From contig NC_133617.1 in assembly GCF_048593235.1 (NCBI RefSeq), positions 627,420,958-627,484,957 on the forward strand: a stretch of 64,000 bases of DNA. Direction: 5' to 3'. The notes under the pieces were generated by a model. That model was not told the origin of the DNA. It worked only from the letters and a program-made list of their open reading frames with translations, and made no database searches. This DNA comes from Sminthopsis crassicaudata. Taxonomy: Eukaryota. Each line of letters opens with the position of its first letter. The first letter of the stretch is position 1. The position numbers and the translations under genes were made by a program. This document shows positions 1-11,351 of the stretch, piece after piece.

Positions 1-846
1 TGATGTCTCATTATTGTCATTTTCTTGGGTGAAGTTACTAATTATGTCTATGATTTGCTGTTTTACCCAATCATTCTTCAGTATAAGATTATTTAGTTTC
101 CAATTATTTTTTGGTCTATTTTCCCCTGGCTTTTTATTAAATGTAATTTTGATTGCATTGTGGTCTGAAAAGGATGCATTTACTATTTCTGCCTTACTGC
201 ATTTGATTTTGAGGTTTTTATGCCCTAGTATATGATCAATTTTTGTATAGGTTCCATGAACTGCTGAGAAGAAAGTATATTCCTTTCTATCTCCATTTAG
301 CTTTCACCAAAGATCTATCATATCAAACTTTTCTCCTGTTCTATTTACCTCTTTGACTTCTTTTTTATTTATTTTGTGGTTTGATTTATCTAATTCTGAG
401 AGTGCAAGGTTGAGATCTCCCACTATTATAGTTTTGCTATCTATTTCTTCTTGCAGCTCTCTTAATTTCTCTTTTAAGAATTTAGATGCTGCACCACTTG
501 GTGCATATATGTTTAATATTGATACTGCTTCATTATTGATGCTACCCTTTAGCAGGATATAATGCCCTTCCTTATCTCTTTTAATTAGATCAATTTTTGT
601 TTTTGCTTGATCTGAGATGAGGATGGCTACTCCTGCTTTTTTGGTTTTGCCTGAAGCATAATAGATTCTGCTCCAGCCTTTTACTTTTAGTTTGAATGTA
701 TCACCCTGTTTCAGGTGTGTTTCCTGTAAACAACATATAGTAGGATTCTGACTTTTAATCCAGTCTGCTAACTGCTTCCTCTTTATGAGGCAGTTTGCCT
801 CATTCACATTTATGGTTAGAATGACTAATTCTATATTGCTTGCCAT
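1..846 (-). pseudogene. L1 ORF2 N-terminus (APE endonuclease), with in-frame premature stop
   Basis: ATG at 846: MASNIELVILTINVN...ICCLQETHL...KAGVAILISD...IIVGDLN. TGA at 304-306, after which the same frame continues KLNGDRKEYTFFSAVHGTYTKIDHILG...SDHNAI. Confidence 0.95.
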
Positions 847-1295
847 CCTATTAACCCCTGCTTGTGCTTTTCCCCTTTCCTTCCCTCTTACCCCCCTACC
901 CAGTATTAAACTTGTGAACTTGCTTTTCACAGCCCTCCCTTTTTAGTATCCCTCCCCCACCTTAAAGTTCCTCCCCTTATTTTACCCCTTTCCCTCACAA
1001 TTTCTGTATTCCCTTCCCCTTAGCTTACTCCTTCCCTCTCACTTTTCAATGAAGTGGAAGAAGTTTCACCATAAATCGAATATGTCTATTGATACACACT
1101 ATGTTCATCTCCCTCCTTTCTTTCTCTCAGATATAATAGGTTACCTTTGCCTCTTTATGAGATGTAGTACCACCACTTTACACTTTTTTATGATATAATT
1201 TCCTTTCCACCTCTAGTTTCTAAGACAAATTGTACATATGTTCTTTACATATTTTTTCGGCAGAAGTATAGTCCTCAAGATTTCTTTTTACCTTT

Positions 1296-2538
1296 TTAGA
1301 AATCTCTTGAGTTTTGTATTTGAAGATCAAACATTTTATGTAGGTCTGGTTTTTTCATCAAGAATAGATGGAATTCATTTATTTCGTTAAATGTCCATCT
1401 TCTTCCCTGGAAAACGATGCGCAATCTTGCTGGGTAAGTTATTCTTGGCTGCATACCAAGTTCCTTAGTCTTTCGGAATATCATATTCCAGGCCCTTCGT
1501 TCTTTTAATGTAGATGCTGCTAGATGCTGGGTTATCCTTATTGTGGCTCCTGCATATCTGAATTGATTTTTTCTAGCAGCTTCCAATATTTTTTCCTTTG
1601 TCTGATGGTTCTTAAACTTGGCCACTATATTTCTTGGCGTTTTGATTTTAGGGTCCCTTTCAGTAGGTGATCGATGAATTTTTTAAATGTCTATTTTACC
1701 CTCTATTTCCAAAACATCTGGGCAGTTCTCTTTGATAATTTCCTCGAAAATAGTGTCCAAGCTCTTTTTTTCCTCACATTTTTCAGGGAGTCCGATTATT
1801 CTCAAATTGTCTCTCCTAGATCTGTTTTCCAGGTCTGTTGTCTTTCTAATAAGGTACTTGACAGTCTTTTCAATTGTTTCATTTCTCTGGTTTTGCTTGA
1901 CTCCCTCTTGGTTTCTCCTTGAGTCATTCATTTCTACTTGTTCGAGTCTAATTTTCAATGATGTATTTTCTTCACTCACTTTTTTTATATCTTTTTGTAA
2001 TTGTCCAATTGTGTTTTTAAGTGAGTTTTTTTCTATGGAATTTTTTTCCATTTTATTTTTTAGAGAGCTGATTTCTTTATCCAGCTCACTAATCCTGTTT
2101 TCCTTGGAGTTGTTTACCTTTTCCAGCTCACTAATCATGTTTTCCTTGGAGTTGTTTACCTTTTCCAGCTCACTAATCCTGTTTTCCTTGGAGTTGTTTA
2201 TCTTTTCCAATTCACTAATCCTGTTTTCCTTTGAGTTGTTTGCCTTTTCTAATTCACTAATTTTATTTCAATGATTTGATCTCTTTATCCACTCTGGATA
2301 ACTTCTCCAGGCTCTCTTGCCAAGCTTCCCTTTCCTTTTCCCATTTCTCTTCCAGCTCTCTTGTGAGAGCCTTTTTGATTTCCTCTATGAGGTTCTTTTG
2401 TATTGAGGAGCAGATCATATCCCCCTTAGGGGATTCCTCTGGGGACAGTCTGTTTTTAGTCTCCTCAGTATTTGGAGTCTGCACTCTCTCCATACAGAAG
2501 CTGTCAATGGTTAGAGCCCTTTTGAATTTTTTGTTCAT
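1296..2538 (-). pseudogene. L1 ORF1 (coiled coil, RRM, CTD), disrupted
   Basis: Motifs DLENRSRRDNLRIIGLPE and YPARL. Frameshift near 2266 and in-frame TAA at 1683-1685 (frame resumes KIHRSPTERDPKIKTPRNIVAKF). Confidence 0.95.
2081..2265 (-). repeat. 42-bp tandem repeat (~4.4 copies) in L1 ORF1 coiled coil, unit ISELEKxNNSKENR
   Basis: Plus-strand unit ccagctcactaatcctgttttccttggagttgtttacctttt begins at 2081, 2123, 2165, 2207 and (partial) 2249. Confidence 0.95.
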
Positions 2539-3139
2539 TTTGTCAAGAGCAGAATCGAAGAAAACAAATTGACAAGAGAAACAATTGGTCTGTTTTTTTT
2601 GGGGGGGGATGGGGCTGGATGGTGTTAATGGGCTTCCTCTACAGACTGGGGGTAGGGCAGCAGAGAGCCACTAACAGGACAGTGATGGCTGCACTGTGTC
2701 TGCGCTCTGAGGCTCTGAGAACTTGGAGTCACTCCAGGTGGGGGTTGGGTGTGGCCGGTTCTGAGAGAAGCTAGCTTTCCGGGGTTTTAATATTCACCTC
2801 TGGTTTTACACCCTCTCCAATGCTCCTGGCTTGCTACCAAGACAGAGCATCCACACTGGGATAAAAGCCTTTTCGAAGAAACGGCAGAGATTGTACCCCT
2901 CCCGCCTCCGGTCTGAGCTGTGTGAACTGTCTGTCTCTCTCTGGCTTGCCTGCCCTCAGTCTGTGCTCAGTCTGTTTGAATCCTCCCCCGAGCAAATACA
3001 GACCTTTCTGGTGAATTTCAAGAATGTCGTCTCTTGGTGATTATTTGTGGGTTTCTTTTCTGGTCAAGCATCTGAGGCTTGTCATGAAGTAAGTCCTGAG
3101 AGAAAACATGGAACTCAAGCAGCTGTCTGCCTCCACACC

Positions 3140-3148
3140 GCCATCTTG
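3140..3148 (-). promoter_or_regulatory. YY1 site at L1 5' end
   Basis: CAAGATGGC on the minus strand within 20 nt of the element's 5' end, the canonical L1 position. Confidence 0.75.
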
Positions 3149-3433
3149 GCAGGAAGTACCATGTGCAAACCTTTTTTAATTTAATGTAATCAAAGTGGAC
3201 TTGGCTCTTTTCAACATCTAGGTGAGATTCAAGGCAATTCCAATAGTGGAAAAAGTCATCCAAATACAGAGAGATTAATTTCCTTTGGAAACTCTAAGAT
3301 TCTGAAATGAAACTAATGTCTTCTCTTCAAGTTAAAATGTTAGCACTGTATCATCATACAGCCCCTTCTAATTGCACAAGTACATTTACCTTTCTAGCTT
3401 CCTCTCAATTACTACTTGCATTTTAGAATTCTT

Positions 3434-3713
3434 TTTTTTTAATTTAAATGTTTTAAAATTAATTTTATAATTATAACTTTTTTTTGACAGTACATATGCA
3501 TGGGTATTTTACAACATTATCCCTTGCACTCCCTTCTGTTCTGAATTTTCCCCTCCTTCCCTCCACTCCCTCCCCTAGATGGCAGGCAGTCCCATACATG
3601 TTAAATATGTTATAGTATATCCTAGATACAATATATGTGTGCAGAATCGAATTTCTTGTTGCACAGGAAGAATTGGATTCAGAAGGTAAAAATAACCTGG
3701 GAAGAAAAACAAA
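3434..3713 (-). mobile_element. 5'-truncated L1 3' end
   Basis: Poly(T) tail on plus strand. Perfect 16-bp TSD gcattttagaattctt at 3418-3433 and 3714-3729. Homologous to 7917-8423. Confidence 0.9.
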
Positions 3714-4429
3714 GCATTTTAGAATTCTTGCTCAGCTCTAATCTTTTCATCAGAAATTCTTCAAAGTCCTCTGCTCTAGTAAAGGTTCTTTTTTTTTTTT
3801 TTTTTTTTTTTTTCCTTGCTCAGCTTCACTAAGGAAGTTATTATTGGTGGTAACCTATATCTCAACTTTGCCTTTTATTTTTCTTAGCCAAAGGGAAATT
3901 TCCCAAAGTCTCTATTTTGATAAGCTGGAAATCCAGGATATACTGGAGATAGTGGCTCCCTCTACATGTCAACCAACTCCTTTCCAAAGTCTTTCTCTCG
4001 CTCTGGGGTCCTCTCTCAGAAGAGACCTTGGATCAGTGCATGTCCTCTCTCAGAGTTGGAAGCCAAATGAACTCACCTTTCCTAAGTACTCACCAACTTT
4101 ACTCTCCACCAATGAGAAAAGTTTTAGACAAATGATCAGGTTTTAATCTTGTCTCACTCAAAGCAATTCAGAAAAAAGGTTCTACTCATCAAAGAGAACA
4201 TTGAAAGGGATTTGTCCTAGGTCACATAGCTCTCCAATTCCCAGTCCAATGCTCCTGTATTCTGTATCAATTTATTCAATCAGATTCTCACTGGACATTA
4301 ACTTTATATTCACCACTCTGTCTAACTATACTGGGGAAACACTTCTTTTAAGTTCCATGAAAGCATCAATATTAACCAATCTTCCTATCTCTCCCAGAGC
4401 TTAGCACTGTACTACACAAACAGAAAGCA

Positions 4430-4935
4430 TTTAAGGGTAAAATGCACAATCTTGAAGTACAGTTTGATATAATAGAAAGAATACTGGACTTCGGTCCACA
4501 TCCAAATTCCTAAATTTCCGGTTGTGTGAATTTTGACACCATTTAACTTCTCTGAACCTCAATTTCCTCAATCTATAAATTAATAACAATATTCCTTCTC
4601 CTTATAAAGCTTGAAAGTCAGGTTATAAGGCTTAAGACACATACCTTAATTATAGTAGAAGTTATAGTAGAAGGCCCAGTGTTAGAAAAGTGCTAGAAAA
4701 AAGGTATCAGCAATTTTGCATGTGTAACCAGAGAGAAAGAAGATAGCATGATGCTCAAGCCAGTATGCTTAATTCGGAGTTAGAGTTCAAATCTTTAATC
4801 TGTTACTAAATACCTCTATAGTATTGTGAAAATTGTCTATCCATTCTGAGCCTCAGTTTCCTTATCTGTAAAATAAAGAGAACTGAGCTAAATGACCTAA
4901 AAGATCCCTTCCATTTCTAAATCTATAGTCCTATG
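4430..4935 (+). mobile_element. Two decayed MIR/MIR3-type CORE-SINEs (~4430-4620, ~4740-4935)
   Basis: CORE motifs ctctgaacctcaatttcctc and ctgagcctcagtttccttatctgtaaaat; MIR3-like tail gatcccttccatttctaaatctat. Confidence 0.7.
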
Positions 4936-5084
4936 ACAAAAAAAAAAAAAAAAAAAAAAAGTTCTATAGTTATCAAAGCTCTGAAGAGCTTCAAAGTAAA
5001 TTGCATCAGCAAAAGTTCTCTTTGAGGTTTAGCTCAGGCATTACCTCCCCCAATCAAGTAGTTTTGCAAAACCTTAAATGAAAT

Positions 5085-5320
5085 ATAAACAAATATAAAC
5101 TATTGTATCTGCTTTATATGAGTTTCTTTTATATAGATACATATATACATATATGTGTACATATGCATATACAAATATATATAAACACAAGAGAAATAGC
5201 ATCTTCTCCCCAAAACTATTCCTAACTTTGCCCCAGCCAGAATCAATGTGTATGTTTATATACATGTTTCTATGTATGCATATAAATGCATATCATATAT
5301 CTATATGTATATATTGATAT
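5085..5320. repeat. Degenerate (TA)/(TG) microsatellite
   Basis: Alternating atatatacatatatgtgtac runs; a similar tract at ~5975-6045. Confidence 0.75.
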
Positions 5321-5788
5321 AGGCATTTTGAGGGATAAGTAGTGTTTTAATGGGAGACAGGCAGAGAGCAGGGCAAGGAACATTATAATGAAAGAAGGGA
5401 AAAAGATGATGAGTAGGAAGAAAGAAACATTCTTGCATCATTCTGCAACTTAATAATCAAGCATCATTGTCATGTCATTGAAAGCTAACTTCACAGTATG
5501 TAATGCCAAGAATTTTTAAATGCTATAACTATTCCTACTTGAATCAGTCAAATTTTTGGTATAGAAGCCAAGAACTTCATAGGATAACATTTGTCAGGCT
5601 GCCTGCCACATTTTCTACTTTATGAATGAGGTCAAAATTCCACTTTATAGAAAAAAGAGATGCAAGAATGGACCAATAGAATCCTACTTTCTCTAGTGCT
5701 AGCTTGTAGCTATGGTGATGGTGATCAGAATCATACAGAAAAAAACTTCATTAATCCTCTGAGAACCAAAATCCTCTTGTATCCTCTT

Positions 5789-5975
5789 GATGTAGTAAAT
5801 AGAACACTGCATTTGGAGCATTGAGAACAAGGATTCTATGGCTCAACTTTATGACTTAATGTCCAATGAACTTCAGTTTTTTCCTTTGAAAAAAAGAGAT
5901 AAGAAATATTTGCACTAACCTAACTTCACAGAGTTCCTATAAAGATCAAATAAGGTAAACACCATCAAAAAGCTT
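5789..5975 (+). mobile_element. Decayed MIR
   Basis: Head gtagtaaatagaacactgcatttggag, core cttcagttttttcctttgaaaaaaagagataa, tail gatcaaataaggtaa. Confidence 0.6.
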
Positions 5976-6299
5976 TATATACATATATGTGTATGTGTAT
6001 ACATATGTGTGTGTGCATGTGTTTATACATATACATATGTGTGAAGAAACTATTTTTGTTCTATCATTTCAACCTCAGTGTGAAAAGAATTAGAAGACGA
6101 CTTTCCTTAAATCTAGCCAATAGTCTTGGGAATACCTGAAGAGGGATAAGCAGGGATGGTTTCATTCATGTAATTCCCTTATAGATGAATCAGGGCTTGG
6201 GTCTGAATGAGAAATGAATTATACTTCTAGGGCCCCTATCTCTAGGTCAGTTGGGAGTAAAGGGAATTCAATTCAGAATGCAACAATGCAATCTGCAGA

Positions 6300-6873
6300 A
6301 AATGGCATAGAGGAAAAAGGATTAGCTCTGAAGTCAGAAGCTCTAAATTCCAATCCCAGCTCAACCACTTACTAGCAGTGGTGCTTTAAACAGCATATTT
6401 CCTTAACAGTAATAGTAACATTTTCATTATTTACCTCAGAGAGCTATTTATGAAGCTCAAGTGAAATAAAATATTGGCAATGTTTTAAAATCCACACTAT
6501 TAGACTTGTCTACGGACCTTCCTAATACCCATATGCCTCTAGACAGCTATTCTGGCTTCAAGGCATATTTTCTGTCAGCCTCCATTTAAAACCATAGCTC
6601 ATGAGTCCCCAGTAATGTGTTTTCCTTGGTGTCAGTCAGGCGCCAGCTAGATGGCAAAGAAAACTTGGAGTCAGGAACATCTGAATTCAAAGCCTGCCTC
6701 AGATACTTTCTAGCTCTGTGACTTTGGACAAATTACATGACATCTCTCAGACTCAGTTTCTTCCTCTTTAAAATGGAGATAATAATAGAATTTATCTCCC
6801 GTGTTGTATTGAGGATCAAATGAGATAACATAAAGTGCTCTGTAAACCTTACAGCAGTATGTAAATACTAGAT
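6300..6873 (+). mobile_element. Two MIR/Mar1-type CORE-SINEs (~6300-6490, ~6640-6873)
   Basis: tRNA-derived heads (tctgaagtcagaag; ttggagtcaggaacatctgaattcaaa), core ctcagtttcttcctctttaaaatggagataata, tail gaggatcaaatgagataa. Confidence 0.75.
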
Positions 6874-7916
6874 ATATGTAGCTAGGATAACTCAGATTCC
6901 TTTGACATACTGCTGAATTACTTTCCCTCATCTGCTGGTGCAATAGTCAATAAGTTATAGATTGTTATGCTATTTGTCACTGTTGTCTATTGGTTCTCAG
7001 CTGGCCACACTTAATGTTTAGTCCAATAAATTGTGTTTATTTTGTCTTTACTATTCTTTAAGGTAAGGGGTAGAGGTGGAGATAAGGAATGATCCAGCAG
7101 CTCTTTTAGCATGTGGCCTCAGAGGTTATTTTGTCATTTTGATATTTAAACCCCAAAGCCACCACTAACCAGGAGAAAATCTTAGTTTCTGATTAAATCT
7201 ATCTTTTGAATACTTTTGCTCAGGGATATGAAAGTGAATGTTTAATATAATAAACAGATAGAGGGGAATGGAGGAAGAAAATGTCTTCAAGACACACTTT
7301 TAAATTTAATCTGAATTATTAACATTTTCTCCTTCATTTTCTTAAGTCTAAATAATCAACAAAACTTTGAGATGTAAAAGCTAAAACCTGAGATTTAACA
7401 AACTCAGGAATGGCTTCAAACTAGCTCCAACACACTCTAGCCTTCCCTTTTATGAAATTAACTCATTATTTGACTTAGAGTGTGAAAATGTTTTTCAACT
7501 CCTTTCTACTCCAGTGCTGCCAATTATCTTTGTGAATCACCTCAGGGAGCAACACTAAGGGCTGCTAGAGCTACAAACCTTTGTCCTACTTTCCACCCAA
7601 TAACAAAGTGGCTTCTTTACCCTTCATACATAATAGTGAAAATTACTCTTACTATAATTCCACTTGAATCTGTATCTAATCATGGTGACTTTTTTATATT
7701 AGGGATTATTCTAGGCCAGAGTAAATGCTTGCTTTCATAGATAAAAGACATCCGAATATATGAAATCCTGAACAAAAAGTCCTGAGCTAATGTTAAGCTG
7801 TTCATTGTGCCTATGCTTTAGCATCTGGAAATCCAAATGAAGTAAGAATTAAATCAGAGACTCAGGTCAACAAAATTTGGCTCATTTGTTCTTTTTGTAT
7901 GAGCTCATGATTACTT

Positions 7917-8423
7917 TTTTTAAATTTTTTATTAATTTTTATAATTATAACATTTTATTTGATAGTACATATTCATAGGTAATTTTTTTTTTTTTTTACA
8001 ACATTATCCCTTGTACTCCCTTCTGTTCCAAATTTTTCCCCTCCTTCCCTCCACCCCCTCCCCTAGATGGCAGGCATTTCCATACATATTAAATATCTTA
8101 TAGTATATCCTAGGTACAATATATATGTTCAGAACTGAATTTTATTGTTGTTGCTGCAAAGGAAGGATTGTATTCGGAAGCTAAAAATAATCTGGGAAGA
8201 AAAACAAAACAAAACAAAACAAAACAAAACAGTGCTCACAGTTTACACTCATTTCCTAGTGTTCCTTTTCTGGGTGTAGCTGATTCTGTCCATCATTAAT
8301 CAATTGGAATTGGATTAGATCTTCTCTATGTTGAAGATACCCACTTCCATCAGAATACATCCTCATACAGTATCATTGTTGAAGTGTATAATGATCTCCT
8401 GGTTCTGCTCGGTTCACTTAGCA
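7917..8423 (-). mobile_element. 5'-truncated L1 3' end
   Basis: T-rich tail at 7917. 15-bp TSD with one mismatch: agctcatgattactt (7902-7916) and agcttatgattactt (8424-8438). Confidence 0.9.
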
Positions 8424-9685
8424 AGCTTATGATTACTTGTACAGGAAAAGTTCCTGAGAAGTCCAACCAAAGCCATGAAGAACAGCCTTCAAACTCTATG
8501 AGGAAAATGGACCCAAGTCTGACACATGGTGAGTCAGATTCTTTCTCCACTGCCTTTCTCTTTCCTTTGCCTTTTCCACCAATACTCAAAGATCCCAAAA
8601 TGTACCCAAAGAAGAGGGAATGAAAGTTAAACAAATCAGACATGAAACATTTCTTGTACAAAAGTGGAAAAGTTGTGGGAAGCCATCTTATTTAAGATAT
8701 AAAGTTGGGGGACCAAAGAACCCCCCTTATCTCTATCTTTATCTTCCTGAAACCTTGATCATCTATATCTAATATCTTTTAATACATCTCATGTGCACAC
8801 ACTTTAGCTTGTTAATGGGATTTCTATTTTTGCTCTTCCCTAGTGTGACTATGGATAGAATAGAAAATCACTCATTTGCATAGACCAACTGTGGCTACCA
8901 AGGACTTGAATTGATTAGAAGAAACTAAGTTCATTTTAAAATTCTTAAGACAAACAGAAATAGGTCTCATTCAAATTGCTACAGTGACTGACTCTGATTT
9001 AATTGGACCATAAATTCCACTTTATTGGTGAGACTAATTCACTTGGAATCTTGTTGGCTACACCATAGTGTACAAACTCTGGCTAGTCCAGCCAAGCTGG
9101 AAAGCTTTCAAGAATGAGCTCAGTGACTGACAGACTGTGTGTCTATTGTCTATGATTCAACCTAGCTAATTTCAAAGAGGATTTTCACCAGAGGGTGGTC
9201 CATTAGGAGATGTAATTTTTTTTATTTTTTTTTTTGGTCACAGAAACTATGAACATGGTCTACTTAAGAGTTATGATTTGCCTCATTAGAGAACATCCAC
9301 ACATAAGAAATTATGTAAATCTTTGAAGCATTAGCACAGTAGTAATATAAAACCATTTATCTAGATCAAAGTAAAATGATGAATGACCAAGCCTGGTTTT
9401 ATTTCAAAAATATGCCAAAAAAACATACAACTACCACCCTATTAACTGGAGGATATAATGTCCCCTATACTACTTCAGTCACTGGGAAGGAGAGAGAGAG
9501 AGATTAGGCTGACAGTTTAACTCATTTCCTATAGAGCACAGTTCCACCAAATTTCAAGGTCAAAGTTCCTCTGTCATGAATCTGAACTTAAAACTGAAAA
9601 AATTTAAAACATGAAAACATGACAGACCAAAACTTTAAACCTGATTCCTGGGGCTACAAGATTTAAAGTGGAGCAAAGATGTATG

Positions 9686-9687
<2 letters not shown>

Positions 9688-9732
<45 letters not shown>
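9688..9732. repeat. (CA)n microsatellite, ~22 units
   Basis: Direct reading. Confidence 0.97.
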
Positions 9733-9735
<3 letters not shown>

Positions 9736-10329
9736 AATTTAGTGCATGTTGCTCATGCTGCGGGTGATCAAGACCTTCATCCTCCAGATGCCAGTGGAAA
9801 GAGAGGGCAAGAGTCCCCTTTACTGCCATGGCCTTTTCCTCTGTCATGGGACTGAGCATGGGGGCAGTATTACAAAATTAAAAGTATGGGGACTTTGAGA
9901 ATTTGCTTCAACAGTTTTTCTCTCTATTAAATCACGAGACAGTGAAAAGGAAAAACAAAAGAAGGCTAAATCAAAAAAACCACCAGAAAACACTGAAAGT
10001 GCTTAGGCATTTGATAATTCTTCCTACAAGAACCTTCAACATCATAACTACAACAGTTACACCTTCTTAGATTTTAACCTGGATCTTTTGAAATCTAGGG
10101 CTCCTCTGCTGTCTTCAGGATGATAGTCACCTAGACATTTAGTTAAAAGACCAATTTCAAGTTTCTTTTTGATTCAACTTGTGAGTTGCTGCATTTTCTC
10201 CTCCATAAGGTCAATTCAACAGAAAAAAAAAAAGATTGATAAGTTGAAAAGATGTGCAATGTATAACAGCTATGGACCTCCTGTCTCCATGAAGAAGCAG
10301 GTTGAGAATGTCCTCTCAGAACTTTTCAT

Positions 10330-11240
10330 TTGATTCCTGAATGATCTCTATAATTTTGTTGTTTATTTTTTATTTTTTTGATGTGTAGTTCTTGCCATTT
10401 ACATTGTTGTAGTCACTGTGTAAATTGTTTTCTTGGATTTCTTGCTTCATATTGTATAAGTTCATGCAAGTTTTTTCCTTGCTTCTCTATATTCATCACA
10501 CATATTTTATAGCTCATAAAATTCCATTATATTCAGATACAACTATTTATTTAGCCACTCTCCAATTAATGGGATCTACTTATTTTCCCAATTTGTTAGT
10601 TTTAAAGATATCACCTATTTCCATGGAATGGAAAGAGACTGCTTCCACCTACATGGTAGGGAATTCAAGATGTCTATTCCTATAGCAGATCCTTGTCATC
10701 TCCCACATGGGAACCTCTATCTTTGTGATATGGCATGTGCAAAGCCATAGAAACTAGGGGAATGCTCACCTATTAGAAAATAAACAAATTAGGTTTATAA
10801 ATGAAATGCCATAAAAATGAAGAGTTTTGAGGAAAAGAGGGAAAATTTCTGTGAACTGATAATAGAGTGAAATGAGGATAAGTAGGAGGTGAACTTATAT
10901 GGTAACAATATTGTGGGGGGGGAAATAACAACTTTGAAAGACTTTAGAATCCTTACTAATGTAATTAAACCAGGAATCCAGATAACTGAAGATGAATCAT
11001 GTTGCCCACTTCTTACTAGAGAGGTGACAGCTTCTAAAAATCTAGAATAAGACATGCATTTTTTAAAAATGTCAATGTCAAATGGTGGGCTGTGCCTATT
11101 TGTTTTGAGAGTTTTGTTATGGTATTGGGTGGGTATTATTGCTTCAATGAGGGAACAGTAGGAGGTATAAATAGATAATAAAAAAGAAAAAAGCTGTCAA
11201 TTCAATTGTCTTAAAAAAGAGAAACAATGTAAGTTCATTC
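10330..11240. mobile_element. Old L1 3'-end fragments (~10330-10590 minus, ~10790-11240 plus)
   Basis: Decayed similarity to the other L1 3' ends in the window (atttagccactctccaattaatggg; aacaactttgaaagactttagaatc). Boundaries approximate. Confidence 0.55.
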
Positions 11241-11320
11241 TTTTTTATTGTCTTTCAAAAGTGTGGTTTTAGATTTGGGAGGGGAGTTCATATTTGAAGC
11301 CTATACACACACAGAAGGAG

Positions 11321-11351
<31 letters not shown>

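Larger units (their letters stand above)
1..3157 (-). mobile_element. LINE-1, 5' half (5'UTR, ORF1, inter-ORF spacer, ORF2 endonuclease); runs off the window start
   Basis: Minus strand starts ACTTCCTGCCAAGATGGCGG (YY1-type L1 5' end), then ORF1p-like and APE-endonuclease-like frames in L1 order. Confidence 0.97.

Noticed and set aside
1687-2274. 195-aa plus-strand ORF antisense to L1 ORF1
   Set aside because: Shadow of an A-rich coiled-coil frame and its 42-bp repeat; Ser/Phe/Leu composition is the expected complement. It is not at the 5'UTR position of primate ORF0.
3844-4146. 100-aa ORF with a nearby acceptor-like AG
   Set aside because: No recognisable homology, no convincing donor and no phase-linked partner exon.
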